Of a stretch of 64,000 nt of DNA, positions 1 through 11,965 are shown one piece after another. Position numbers and translations under genes: made by a program. Under the pieces are notes generated by a model that was given only the letters and a program-made list of their open reading frames with translations, had not been told where the DNA came from and searched no databases. Location of the stretch: NCBI GenBank assembly GCA_965227515.1, contig CBDDFZ010000001.1, positions 1,088,001-1,152,000 of the forward strand. Direction: 5' to 3'. The stretch is from Alphaproteobacteria bacterium (GTDB lineage: Bacteria; Pseudomonadota; Alphaproteobacteria; CALKHQ01). Numbering within the stretch: the stretch's first letter is position 1; each line of letters starts with the position of its first letter.

Positions 1-845
1 GCACTACGATGCCGTCGCTTAATCAAAAAATACTTGGCGAAGTTCTTATCCCTCTCCCGGCCACAAGAGCCGAACAGGAAGCTATCGCCGAGGCGTTGGG
101 CGACGCAGATGCCCTCATCGAATCCCTAGAGCAACTCATCTCCAAAAAGCGCCAGATCAAGCAGGGCGCCATGAAGGTGCTGCTCACCGGCCAGCGGCGC
201 CTGCCTGGATTTGACGGGAAGTGGAAGGTCAAGACATTTGCGGAGCTGTTCACCTTCAGCGGTGGCTATACCGCTTCACGCGCCCAGCTTTCCGGGGAAG
301 GACACTGTTACCTGCACTACGGAGACATCCATGGCGCGACGAAGACATGTGTTGATACGAGCGTCGACTATCAGGATATACCTAAGCTCGATATCGATCT
401 CATGCAGGTCCCGCCTAGCGCTATACTAAAAGACGGCGACGTCGTTTTCGTTGATGCTTCGGAAGATGACGAGGGAACGAGCAAACATATCGTCATTGCA
501 AACCGCAACAATGTGCCGTTCATAGCTGGCCTTCACACAATTGTTGCCAAGAGTAATACGAACGACCTCGTTCATGAATATCGCCGTTACTGTTTTCAAA
601 CGACAGCGATCCAACAGCAGTTCCGATTTTACGCGGTTGGAACGAAGGTATCTGGCATCAGCAAGGGCAATATTCCCAAGCTATCCCTTCCGGTCCCCCC
701 AACTGCCGAACAAATCGCCATTGCCAGCGTCCTGTCCGACATGGATGCCGAGATCGAGGGACTGGAGGCCAAGCTCGTCAAGGCCCGGCTCATCAAGCAA
801 GGCATGATGCAGGAGCTGCTGACGGGAAGGGTTCGATTGGTATGA
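1..845 (+). CDS. hsdS: Type I restriction-modification specificity subunit (5'-truncated by window)
   Basis: Two conserved HsdS spacer helices (LPATRAEQEAIAEAL...KQGAMKVLLTG; VPPTAEQIAIASVL...KQGMMQELLTG) flank a TRD; overlaps hsdR start (ATGA); frame open to window edge. Confidence 0.95.
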   Translation, partial: TTMPSLNQKILGEVLIPLPATRAEQEAIAEALGDADALIESLEQLISKKRQIKQGAMKVLLTGQRRLPGFDGKWKVKTFAELFTFSGGYTASRAQLSGEGHCYLHYGDIHGATKTCVDTSVDYQDIPKLDIDLMQVPPSAILKDGDVVFVDASEDDEGTSKHIVIANRNNVPFIAGLHTIVAKSNTNDLVHEYRRYCFQTTAIQQQFRFYAVGTKVSGISKGNIPKLSLPVPPTAEQIAIASVLSDMDAEIEGLEAKLVKARLIKQGMMQELLTGRVRLV

Positions 846-3800
846 CCCCCATCGGCCAACCCGAACGCGCGACCCAGAACAGGGTGATTGCCCTGTTCCG
901 CGATGAGCTTGACTACCGGTTTTTGGGCGCCTGGAGCGACCGGGTCGGCAACAGCAACATCGAGGAAGGTCTGCTGTCCGAGTGGCTGACAGGACGCGGA
1001 TATTCGGGCGCGCAGATCAACGCGGCGCTGCACCGGCTTCGTACCGAGGCGAGCAACCACAATAGGACGCTCTACGGCAACAACGCCGCCGTCCACTCCC
1101 TGCTGCGGTACGGCGTTCCGGTCATGACCGAGGCCGGTAAGCCAACCGAGACCGTCCTCCTGATCGACTGGGACGACCCGGTCAGCAACGACTTCGCAAT
1201 CGCCGAGGAGGTGACGCTGTCGGGAGACCTGACGCGCCGACCGGACATCGTGCTCTACGTCAACGGCCTCGCGATTGGCGTGCTGGAGCTGAAGAACAGC
1301 CGCGTCTCGATCGGCGACGGGATCCGGCAGTGCCTCTCCAACCAGAAGCCGGAGTTCCATCAGTGGTTTTTCACCACGGTGCAGTTTATCTTCGCCGGCA
1401 ACGATTCCGAGGGCTTGAAGTACGGCACGACGGGCACTGAGGAAAAGTACTTCCTGAAATGGAAGGAGGACGAAGCGGACGACTCCCGCTTCAAGCTGGA
1501 CAAGTACCTGTTGAAGCTGTGCGAGAAGCACCGGCTGATCGAGCTGATGCACGACTTCATTGTGTTCGACGGCGGGATCAAGAAGCTACCGCGCCCGCAC
1601 CAGTATTTCGGGATCAAGAAGGCACAGGCCTTCGTCGAGCGCCGCGAGGGCGGGATCATCTGGCACACCCAGGGCAGCGGCAAGAGCATCGTCATGGTGC
1701 TGCTGGCCAAGTGGATCCTGGAGACCAACCCCCATGCCCGCGTCGCGGTGATCACCGACCGCGACGAGCTGGACCGGCAGATCGAGCGCGTGTTCCGCGA
1801 CGCCGGCGAGCCGATCAAGCGGACCAGCAGCGGCCGCGACCTGATGCGGCAGCTGGGGGAGGCCACGCCGCGGCTGCTGTGCTCCCTGGTGCACAAGTTT
1901 GGCGGCAGGGGCGTCGACGACTTCGAGGCGTTCATCCGGGACCTGGAGGCCCAGCCGAGCCGGGCCGTGGGCGAGGTCTTCGTATTCGTGGACGAATGCC
2001 ATCGGACCCAGAGCGGCCGGCTGCATCGGGTGATGAAGGCAATGATGCCGGACGCGGTCTTCATCGGCTTCACGGGCACGCCACTATTGCGCAGGGACCG
2101 GCAGACCAGCCTGGAGGTCTTCGGCGGCTACATCGACACCTACAAGTTCAGCGAGGCGGTCGAGGACGAGGTGGTGCTGGACCTCGTGTACGAGGCCCGC
2201 GACATCGACCAGCGCCTTGGCTCCGAGAACAAGATCGACGCCTGGTTCGAGGCGAAGACCAAGGGGCTGAACGACTGGCAGCGGGAGGAGCTGAAGCAGA
2301 AGTGGGGCACGATGCAGGTCGTGCTGAGCTCCCGCTCGCGCATGGACCGGGTCGTGGCCGACATCCTGTTCGACTTCAGCGTCAGGCCGCGCCTGTCCAA
2401 CCAGCGTGGCAATGCGATCCTGGTGGCGTCGAGCATCTACGAGGCTTGCAAGTACTTTGCCCTGTTCCAGAAGACGCCGTTCAAGGGCAAGTGCGCGATC
2501 GTGACGTCATACAATCCCCAGGCGCAGCACGTGACCCAGGAGGAGACCGGCGCCAACAGCGAGACCGACAGGCAGTTCATCTACAACACCTACATCGAGC
2601 TGCTGAAGGGCATCGAAGCCAAGCCCAACATGACGAAGACCGAGGCCTACGAGGAATGGGCCAAGGCGCTGTTCATCAAGGAGCCCGCCAACATGCGGTT
2701 GCTGGTGGTGGTGGACAAGCTGCTGACCGGCTTCGATGCACCGCCCTGCACTTATCTCTACATCGATAAGTCGATGCAGGACCACGGGCTGTTTCAGGCG
2801 ATCTGCCGGACCAACCGACTGGACGGCGACGACAAGGATTTCGGCTTCATCGTCGACTACAAGGCCCTGTTAAAGAAGGTCGAGAACGCGATCGCGGTCT
2901 ACACCTCGGAGCTGGACCGCAGCGCCGGTGGCGCCGACCCCGAAGTATTGCTGCAGGACCGGCTGAAGAAGGGGCGGGAGCGGCTGGACAACGCCATCGA
3001 GGCGCTGGCGCTGCTCTGCGAAGAGGTCGAGCCGCCCAAGGGCGAGCTGGAGCACATCCACTATTTCTGCGGCAACACCGAGATCCCGACCGACCTTCAG
3101 GACAGGGAGCCACTGCGGTCGGCGCTTTACAAGCAGACGGTCGCCCTCGTGCGCGCCTACGCCAATATCGCGGACGAGCTCGAGGCAGCCGGGTACAGCG
3201 GCGCCGACGTTGCTCGCATCAAGCAGCTGCTCGACCAGTACCTCGACATCCGCGAGATCGTCCGCAACGCCAGCGGGGAGACGATCGACCTGAAGGCCTA
3301 CGAGGCCGATATGCGGCATCTGATCGACACCTACATCGAGGCCGACGAGCCCCGGAAGATCTCTCCCTTCGATAACATGAGCCTAGTCGACCTGATCGTG
3401 AAGACAGGCATCGCCGACGCGGTTGCCTCGCAGCTCGGTGGGCTTAGGGGCGACAGGGACGCGATCGCCGAGACAATCGAGAATAACGTGCGCAGCAAGA
3501 TCATCAGGGAGCAGCTGAACGACCCGGCGTTCTACGAATCCATGTCGGCACTGCTCGACGAGATCATCGACGCGCGAAAGGCCAAGGCCATGGCCTACGA
3601 AGAATATCTCCGGCGGATCGGCGAGCTGGCGAAGATGGTTGCCACCGGCCAGGCCGAGGATACGCCGAAGGCGCTCGATACGCCCGGCAAGCGGGCCCTG
3701 TGGAACAACCTCGGCAGGGACGAGGCGCTTGTTCTGAAGATCGATGAAGCCGTCCGGGAGACTCGACCCGAGGGCTGGCGCGGCATCCAGTCTCGCGAGA

Positions 3801-3892
3801 ACGTTATCAAGGCGGCCCTCTATGGCGTGCTGCAGGATCAGGAGGAGGTCGAACGCATCTTCCTCGTGATCAAGGCGCAGAGCGAATACTGA
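842..3892 (+). CDS. hsdR: Type I restriction endonuclease subunit R
   Basis: PD..ELK nuclease motif (RRPDIVLYVNGLAIGVLELK), Walker A HTQGSGKS, DECHR, FTGTP, LLTGFDAP, QAICRTNR. Confidence 0.97.
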   Translation: MTPIGQPERATQNRVIALFRDELDYRFLGAWSDRVGNSNIEEGLLSEWLTGRGYSGAQINAALHRLRTEASNHNRTLYGNNAAVHSLLRYGVPVMTEAGKPTETVLLIDWDDPVSNDFAIAEEVTLSGDLTRRPDIVLYVNGLAIGVLELKNSRVSIGDGIRQCLSNQKPEFHQWFFTTVQFIFAGNDSEGLKYGTTGTEEKYFLKWKEDEADDSRFKLDKYLLKLCEKHRLIELMHDFIVFDGGIKKLPRPHQYFGIKKAQAFVERREGGIIWHTQGSGKSIVMVLLAKWILETNPHARVAVITDRDELDRQIERVFRDAGEPIKRTSSGRDLMRQLGEATPRLLCSLVHKFGGRGVDDFEAFIRDLEAQPSRAVGEVFVFVDECHRTQSGRLHRVMKAMMPDAVFIGFTGTPLLRRDRQTSLEVFGGYIDTYKFSEAVEDEVVLDLVYEARDIDQRLGSENKIDAWFEAKTKGLNDWQREELKQKWGTMQVVLSSRSRMDRVVADILFDFSVRPRLSNQRGNAILVASSIYEACKYFALFQKTPFKGKCAIVTSYNPQAQHVTQEETGANSETDRQFIYNTYIELLKGIEAKPNMTKTEAYEEWAKALFIKEPANMRLLVVVDKLLTGFDAPPCTYLYIDKSMQDHGLFQAICRTNRLDGDDKDFGFIVDYKALLKKVENAIAVYTSELDRSAGGADPEVLLQDRLKKGRERLDNAIEALALLCEEVEPPKGELEHIHYFCGNTEIPTDLQDREPLRSALYKQTVALVRAYANIADELEAAGYSGADVARIKQLLDQYLDIREIVRNASGETIDLKAYEADMRHLIDTYIEADEPRKISPFDNMSLVDLIVKTGIADAVASQLGGLRGDRDAIAETIENNVRSKIIREQLNDPAFYESMSALLDEIIDARKAKAMAYEEYLRRIGELAKMVATGQAEDTPKALDTPGKRALWNNLGRDEALVLKIDEAVRETRPEGWRGIQSRENVIKAALYGVLQDQEEVERIFLVIKAQSEY

Positions 3893-4608
3893 TGGTCACC
3901 CAGCTCGACCTTGGCGGCATCGCGGTCGACGTGGTGTTCAAGGATATCAAGAACGTCCATTTGAGCGTGCACCCCCCGACCGGGCGTGTGCGCATCTCGG
4001 CGCCGACCCGGACCAACCTGGACGCCATCCGCGCCTTCGCGATTTCGAAGCTCGGCTGGATCAAGCAGCAGCAAGGCAAGCTGCGGCAGCAGGAGCGCGA
4101 AAGCCCGCGCGAATACCTCGAGCGCGAAAGTCACCATGTGTGGGGCCGGCGCTACCTGATGGAGATCAGGGAGGCCGAGGCCCCGCCACTGGTCGAGCTG
4201 ACGCATCGCAAGTTGGTTCTTCGCGTCCGTCCCGGCACCGATGAGGAGGGCAGAGAAGCGGTCGTCGCCGAGTGGTACCGCGGCCAACTCAAGCAAGCCG
4301 CCCGGGCCTGGATCATCAGGTGGGAGCCGCGTCTGGGCGTTAAGGTCCGGCGGCTGTTCGTGCAGCGCATGAAGACGAAGTGGGGCGGCTGCAACCCTGA
4401 GGCCGGAAGCATCCGCCTTAACTCGGAGCTCGCCAAGAAGCCTCCTGAATGCGGGGAGTACGTCCTGGTGCATGAAATGGCCCACCTGATCGAGCGGCAT
4501 CACAATGATCGGTTCGTCGGCCTTATGGATCGACACCTGCCGCAGTGGCGGGCCCACCGCGATGCCCTGAACGCCGCGCCGCTGGCGCACGAGAGTTGGA
4601 CCTACTGA
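3892..4608 (+). CDS. M48/YgjP (DUF45) family zinc metallo-hydrolase
   Basis: MKTKWGGC...LNSEL...YVLVHEMAHLIERHH (HExxH); start overlaps hsdR stop (TGATG). Confidence 0.9.
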   Translation: MVTQLDLGGIAVDVVFKDIKNVHLSVHPPTGRVRISAPTRTNLDAIRAFAISKLGWIKQQQGKLRQQERESPREYLERESHHVWGRRYLMEIREAEAPPLVELTHRKLVLRVRPGTDEEGREAVVAEWYRGQLKQAARAWIIRWEPRLGVKVRRLFVQRMKTKWGGCNPEAGSIRLNSELAKKPPECGEYVLVHEMAHLIERHHNDRFVGLMDRHLPQWRAHRDALNAAPLAHESWTY

Positions 4609-4625
4609 TCGAACCGACGCGCCAC

Positions 4626-4654
4626 TTGCTACGTAGCGCGTATCGGCCTATATG
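4626..4654 (+). promoter_or_regulatory. Putative sigma70 promoter of higBA with palindromic operator
   Basis: TTGCTA-N17-TATATG; perfect palindrome GCTACGTAGC (4628-4637) overlaps the -35. Confidence 0.55.
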
Positions 4655-4664
4655 GACGGAATGA

Positions 4665-4946
4665 ATGATCCTCTCGTTCAGATGCAAGGAGACGGAACGC
4701 ATCTGGCAGGGTCTTGCCAGCCGGAAGTTCCCGGCCGCCATCCAGGATCGCGCGCTGCGCAAGCTGCGTCAGCTGGACGCGTCGCGGACCATGGACGACC
4801 TGCGCAACCCGCCGGGCAATCGGCTCGAGGCCCTGAGAGCGGACCGCGCAGGCCAATGGAGCATCCGCATCAACGACCAGTGGCGCATCTGCTTCGTCTG
4901 GCGGGAGGGCGACGCGAGCGACGTCGAGATCGTCGACTACCATTGA
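4665..4946 (+). CDS. higB: HigB (RelE/ParE family) toxin
   Basis: MILSFRCKETE...DLRNPPGNRLEAL..DRAGQWSIRINDQWRICF...EIVDYH, a classic HigB signature. Confidence 0.95.
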   Translation: MILSFRCKETERIWQGLASRKFPAAIQDRALRKLRQLDASRTMDDLRNPPGNRLEALRADRAGQWSIRINDQWRICFVWREGDASDVEIVDYH

Positions 4947-4974
4947 AGGCCGTAGTGAACCGAAAGATGTAGCG

Positions 4975-5277
4975 ATGGGCCAGTTGCGCAACCCACATCC
5001 GGGGGAGATCCTCCGGCATGAGTTCCTCGACGAGATCGGCATGAGCCAGAACGCGCTTGCCCAGGCGATCGGCGTGCCGGGCAACCGCATCCACGCCATC
5101 GTCAACGGCACCCGCTCCGTGACGGCGGAGACCGACCTGCGACTGTGCCGGTTCTTCGGGTTGTCAGAAGGCTATTTCCTACGCCTGCAGAACGCCCACG
5201 ACACCATGGCGGCCAAACGGCGCATAGGAGCCGAGGTCGAACAGATTGCGCCCTACAAGCCCCAGGAGGCGGCCTGA
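4975..5277 (+). CDS. higA: HigA antitoxin (HTH)
   Basis: HPGEILRHEFL...SQNALAQAIGV...RIHAIVNGTRSVTAETDLRL; directly downstream of higB. Confidence 0.95.
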   Translation: MGQLRNPHPGEILRHEFLDEIGMSQNALAQAIGVPGNRIHAIVNGTRSVTAETDLRLCRFFGLSEGYFLRLQNAHDTMAAKRRIGAEVEQIAPYKPQEAA

Positions 5278-5280
5278 GCC

Positions 5281-6780
5281 ATGAAAGCCATCATCCTCGC
5301 GCGCGTCTCAACCAAGGAGCAGGAAGAGGGCCATTCGATCGGCGCCCAGCGTCAGCGGCTCGCCGACCATTGCGCCCGCAAGGGCCTGGATGTGATCCGA
5401 ACCTTCGAGTTGATCGAGTCGTCCACCAAGGGCGAGCGGCGCAAATTCATGGAAATGATTGAGTTTGCCAAAGGCCAAGGCGAAACGGTCGCAATCGTTG
5501 CAGATGCCGTCGACCGGTTCCAGCGCAGTTTCCGCGAGTCCGTGTTGATCGACGAGCTGATCCGCAGGGAGCAGGTCGAACTGCACTTCTATCGAGAGAA
5601 CATGGTCATCGGGAAGGACGCAACGTCGACCGACATCATGCGCTGGGACTTTTCGGTCATGGGTGCCAAGTCCTACACCCTGAATCTATCCGAGAACGTG
5701 CGGCGCAGCCTGGAGTACAAGCGCCGCAACGGCGAATGGAGCGGCAAGGCGCCGCTTGGTTACCTGAACGCCCGCGATGCCGACAACCGCAGCACGCTGG
5801 TGCATGACCCAGAGCGTGCCTTCCTTGTCCGAATGCTGTTCGAGGATTATGCCAAAGGCTGCTTCTCGATCAGCGGCGACCTTGTCCGAATGACCCGGGA
5901 ATGGGGCCTGACCAACAAGACACGCAAGGGCGGCTTTTTGACGGGCGGTCAGATCCATACGATCCTGACGAACCCGTTCTACCACGGCGAGATGTGCATC
6001 AAGGGGAAGCTCTACCCTCACAAATACGAGCCGTTGATCACCAAGGACCTGTTCGACCGCTGCGCGGCAGTGCGCGAGGGCGCGGCGCGCCCGACGGCGA
6101 CGCGGTACTCAGAGAAGCCCTTTGTGTTTCGCGGGCTGCTGAAGTGCGCCATCTCGGGACGGACTGTCACCAGCGACCTGAAGAAGGGCCGGCACGTCTA
6201 CCTGATCTGTCGCGACCCCGACGATCCTGAACGCAAACTCTACGTGCCCGAAGGCGACGTTCTGGACCAGGTGATGGAGAGCTTCCGGTCGATTCAGATC
6301 CCGCCGGCGCTGCTCGAGGCATTGCTGACGCACATGAAGGCGAGCCACGAGGCCGAGAACCGATTCCACAAGGACGCCATCACCGGCCTGCGGGGCGAGC
6401 ACGACAAGATCCGCGATCGGCTCGACGCGCTGCTTGATATGCGGCTCGACCAGAGTATTACGCAGGCTGAGTACGACAAAAAAGCGCGTGACCTGAAAGA
6501 CCGCAAGGCTGAGATTGCGGCGCGGATCGAGCAGCACCAGGACGGCGAGTTGACCTTCCGCACCACGCTGGAAAGCTTGATATCTCTGGCCTCACGCGCG
6601 GCCGACCTGTTTGAGCGTTCGAACATCGACCAAAAGCGGCAGTTGCTCGCTTTCGTGTTTTCGAACCTGCGGCTCAGGGGCAGAAAGCTAGAGTTTTCAA
6701 TGCGCTCGCCCTTCGACCTGATGGTCGGCCGGGCCGATTATCCAGATTGGCTGGGGGACCTGGATTCGAACCAGGACTAA
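5281..6780 (+). CDS. Large serine recombinase (integrase)
   Basis: N-terminal ARVST catalytic motif, DRFQR, APLGY, ILTNPFYHG, FRGLLKC degenerate Zn ribbon, coiled coil; ends inside tRNA. Confidence 0.93.
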   Translation: MKAIILARVSTKEQEEGHSIGAQRQRLADHCARKGLDVIRTFELIESSTKGERRKFMEMIEFAKGQGETVAIVADAVDRFQRSFRESVLIDELIRREQVELHFYRENMVIGKDATSTDIMRWDFSVMGAKSYTLNLSENVRRSLEYKRRNGEWSGKAPLGYLNARDADNRSTLVHDPERAFLVRMLFEDYAKGCFSISGDLVRMTREWGLTNKTRKGGFLTGGQIHTILTNPFYHGEMCIKGKLYPHKYEPLITKDLFDRCAAVREGAARPTATRYSEKPFVFRGLLKCAISGRTVTSDLKKGRHVYLICRDPDDPERKLYVPEGDVLDQVMESFRSIQIPPALLEALLTHMKASHEAENRFHKDAITGLRGEHDKIRDRLDALLDMRLDQSITQAEYDKKARDLKDRKAEIAARIEQHQDGELTFRTTLESLISLASRAADLFERSNIDQKRQLLAFVFSNLRLRGRKLEFSMRSPFDLMVGRADYPDWLGDLDSNQD

Positions 6781-6821
6781 GCGGGTCAGAGCCGCTCGTT
6801 CTACCGTTAAACTATCCCCCA
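6748..6821 (-). tRNA. tRNA-Gln(CTG)
   Basis: Reverse complement TGGGGGATAGTTTAACGGTAGAACGAGCGGCT-CTG-ACCCGCTTAGTCCTGGTTCGAATCCAGGTCCCCCAGCCA, 74 nt cloverleaf with encoded CCA. Confidence 0.97.
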
Positions 6822-7040
6822 AGCAGGGTACCGCGTGCCGCCGGTTCTGGCCCGGGCGGCGTTGCGGGGCATTTCTCTAACGCGAACGTGCGCGTATTGC
6901 AATGCGCGACCGCTGCCCGCAAGCGACGGTGCCACGCCGCCTCGCACGGCGCCGGGCGCATCCCCGGCCGCGCAAAAAAGCACTGGCCACCCCAGGGCGG
7001 TTCGCGCATGCTGACGGTTGAGATAAGAGGAACACCACCA

Positions 7041-8120
7041 ATGCGCAACCATGGCGGGTCGGGCACACTCCCCGGCGCCGAACCGCCACCGAGTGATACG
7101 TCCGGCGCGGGCCCCCGCCGTGCAAGCCCCCATCGCCCCACGTACGCCGCGGTCGATATCGGCACCAACAACTGCCGGCTGCTGATCGCGCAGCCGAGTA
7201 CGCGTGCGCGCGAGCGGTTTCGCGTGGTCGATGCGTTCTCGCGCATCGTCCGCCTTGGCGAGGGTGTTGGCGAGAGCGGCGTGCTGTCGGAGGCGGCGAT
7301 GGCGCGCACGCTGGCCGCGCTGCGCATCTGTGCCGACAAGATCGCCCGGCGCCATGTCGAGGCGACATGGGCGGTGGCGACCGAAGCCTGCCGGCGCGCC
7401 GCCAACGGGCAGGCGTTCCTGGAGCGCGCGCGGGCGGAGACCGGCCTGGAGATCGAGATCATCGGCGTCGAGGCCGAGGCCGAACTGGCGGTCCATGGAT
7501 GCCGCACCCTGATCGGCTGGAATCATGCCAATGCCCTGGTGTTCGACATCGGCGGCGGCAGCACCGAGGTGATCTGGGCTGCGGTGCCGGCGGGCGGCGA
7601 CGGGCCGATCACGCTGCACGGCAGCACGTCGGTGCCGATGGGCGTGGTCTCGCTGTCGGAGCGCTACGGCAGCGCGGCACTGGCCAATGGCGCATACGAG
7701 GAGATCGTCGGCACCCTGGGCGAAGTGCTGGAACGCTTTGAGCAAGAGCATGGCATTCGCGAGGTCATCGCCGCCGGCGATGTGCAGTTGATCGGCACGT
7801 CGGGCACCGTGACCACGCTGGCCGGCATACATTTCGGGTTGCCGCGCTATGACCGACGGCGGGTCGACGGATGCTACCTGAGGACCGAGGACGCGATGGC
7901 GGTGACGCGCCGCCTGCGCGGCCTGGACCGGGAGGATTTGTCAGCAGTGCCGTGCATCGGGCGCGAGCGCGCCGATCTGGTGGTCGTGGGGTGTGCGATT
8001 TTGGAAGCGATCTGCCGGACCTGGCCGATCGAGGTGATGCGGGTGGCCGACCGGGGCCTGCGCGAGGGCATGCTGCACCGGCTGATGGCCGGGTCCGCCG
8101 TGCCGGCGGGCCGGGCCTGA
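7041..8120 (+). CDS. ppx: Ppx/GppA family exopolyphosphatase
   Basis: YAAVDIGTNNCRLL, ATEACRRA, FDIGGGSTE, DRGLREG; start chosen by upstream GAGG. Confidence 0.9.
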   Translation: MRNHGGSGTLPGAEPPPSDTSGAGPRRASPHRPTYAAVDIGTNNCRLLIAQPSTRARERFRVVDAFSRIVRLGEGVGESGVLSEAAMARTLAALRICADKIARRHVEATWAVATEACRRAANGQAFLERARAETGLEIEIIGVEAEAELAVHGCRTLIGWNHANALVFDIGGGSTEVIWAAVPAGGDGPITLHGSTSVPMGVVSLSERYGSAALANGAYEEIVGTLGEVLERFEQEHGIREVIAAGDVQLIGTSGTVTTLAGIHFGLPRYDRRRVDGCYLRTEDAMAVTRRLRGLDREDLSAVPCIGRERADLVVVGCAILEAICRTWPIEVMRVADRGLREGMLHRLMAGSAVPAGRA

Positions 8121-8128
8121 CACCTCCC

Positions 8129-10401
<2,273 letters not shown>

Positions 10402-10443
10402 GTCGAGCTCAGGCTGTGACGGCAGCGGCGGAATCCATTGACC

Positions 10444-10567
10444 TCTCCCGTCATTGCGAGGAGCGTTGCGCCCTTGAGGGCAACGCGACGCGGCAATCCA
10501 GAGCTGTTTTTCCGCCGCCACGGCAATCGCCTGGATTGCTTCGCTCCGCTCGCAATGACGGCGGGAG
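10444..10567. repeat. Palindromic intergenic repeat (RPE/REP-like, CGTCATTGCGAG...CTCGCAATGACG type)
   Basis: Terminal inverted repeat CGTCATTGCGAG/CTCGCAATGACG and inner GCAATCCAG/CTGGATTGC. Confidence 0.85.
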
Positions 10568-10591
10568 TTGTCAGGCCATCGTACCATTGGG

Positions 10592-11908
10592 ATGACACCG
10601 TCGGCACGCGCGGCGGCGGCGATCGAGGTGCTGGACGAGATCGCCGTCGGCGAACGCCCCGCGGACCGCGTGCTCGGGGCCTACCTGCAGGGCCGGCGCT
10701 ACATCGGGTCGAAGGACCGGCGTGCTATCCAGGACATGGTGTTCGGCACCCTCCGCCGCCTGGTGCTGGCCGACTGGTGGCTGGCGCGGCGCGGCCGGCC
10801 GGTGGATGCACGGGCACGGCTGATCGCGGCATTGGCGCTGGAAGGCGATGGCGCGGCGTTGGCGGCAGCATTCGCGCCGTCGCGCTATGGCGCGGCCCCG
10901 CTTGACGCCGACGAGTTGGCGTTGGCCACTGCTATTGGTGCCGGCGATGCCGATGCGCCGGACTGGGCACGCGCGAACGTGCCGGAATGGCTGGCCGGTC
11001 ATTTTGCCGAGGCATTCGGACCGAACTGGCCAGCCGAGGCCGACGCGCTGAACCGGCAGGCGCCGGTCGATCTCCGCGTCAATACACTGAGGACCGACCG
11101 CGCCGAGGTCATGTCGCGCCTCGACGCCATGGGGATCGCGGCTGCGCCGACGCCGATCGCGCCCGACGGCCTGCGGGTTCAGGGGCGGTTTGCCAGTGGT
11201 GCCGCGCTGGAGCGCGAGGGCCTGTTCTCGGCCCAGGACGAAGGCTCGCAGGTCATCGTGGCGCTAGCGGGTGCCGCACCCGGTATGGCCGTGCTCGACA
11301 TGTGCGCCGGTGCCGGCGGCAAGGCGCTGGGCCTGGCGGCGGCGATGCGCAATCAGGGCGAGCTTGCCGTGTGGGACAACGATGCCGCGCGGCTCGACCG
11401 GCTCGCGCCACGCGCGGCGCGGGCTGGGGTCACCATCGCGGCGCCCAGGGTCGTCGACGCCACCGACGCGCCGCCCGATGCGGGTGACGGTTTCGACATC
11501 GTGCTGGTGGACGCGCCGTGCACCGGCATCGGCATGTGGCGGCGCCAGCCGGATGCGCGGCTGCGGATCGACGAACGGCGGCTCAACGACCTTGTGGATA
11601 TTCAGGAGCGTTTGCTGCGGCGGGCGGCGGCGCTGGTCAAGCCCGGCGGCCGGCTGGTCTATGCCGTCTGCTCACCGTTGTCGTGCGAGGGGGCAAACCA
11701 GGTCGCCGCGGTGCTGGATGCCGTTCCCGACATGGACGCTATAGCGATCGATGATCTGTGGCCGACCTGCGGCCTCGGCGGAACGCCGCCACGCGAAGCG
11801 GCGCCATCTCGCGGCATCCTGCTGTCGCCGTTGCGCACCGGCACCGACGCGTTCTTCGTCGCCGCAATGTCGAGACGGGGGGATGTAGAAAAAAAGGGCC
11901 GCGGATAA
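10592..11908 (+). CDS. RsmB/NOP (Sun/Fmu) family RNA m5C methyltransferase
   Basis: [12 protein letters not shown] start, [37 protein letters not shown]; position after guaB is typical. Confidence 0.92.
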   Translation: MTPSARAAAAIEVLDEIAVGERPADRVLGAYLQGRRYIGSKDRRAIQDMVFGTLRRLVLADWWLARRGRPVDARARLIAALALEGDGAALAAAFAPSRYGAAPLDADELALATAIGAGDADAPDWARANVPEWLAGHFAEAFGPNWPAEADALNRQAPVDLRVNTLRTDRAEVMSRLDAMGIAAAPTPIAPDGLRVQGRFASGAALEREGLFSAQDEGSQVIVALAGAAPGMAVLDMCAGAGGKALGLAAAMRNQGELAVWDNDAARLDRLAPRAARAGVTIAAPRVVDATDAPPDAGDGFDIVLVDAPCTGIGMWRRQPDARLRIDERRLNDLVDIQERLLRRAAALVKPGGRLVYAVCSPLSCEGANQVAAVLDAVPDMDAIAIDDLWPTCGLGGTPPREAAPSRGILLSPLRTGTDAFFVAAMSRRGDVEKKGRG

Positions 11909-11965
11909 TCTGCGGCCCGAGGTCGAGGGAGGAAACGCCGATAAGGCAGTACCGGGAATACGGCT
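11889..11965 (-). ncRNA. Candidate alpha-r8 (MmgR / suhB-motif family) small RNA
   Basis: Minus strand: 5' hairpin, single-stranded TTTCCTCCCT (11926-11935), then terminator GGGCCGC..GCGGCCC-T7; about 77 nt; AT-rich promoter region upstream. Confidence 0.72.

Larger units (their letters stand above)
1..6780. mobile_element. Right end of an integrative defence island inserted at tRNA-Gln
   Basis: R-M, TA and integrase genes abut the tRNA 3' end; core genes resume beyond the tRNA; left junction lies outside the window. Confidence 0.85.

Noticed and set aside
4629-5111. Minus-strand 160-aa ORF over higBA
   Set aside because: Shadow of the TA genes
6747-7040. N-terminal extension of Ppx (MAGGPGFEPGLSGSEPLVLPLNY)
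   Set aside because: Translation of the tRNA antisense strand and promoter region; a typical artefact
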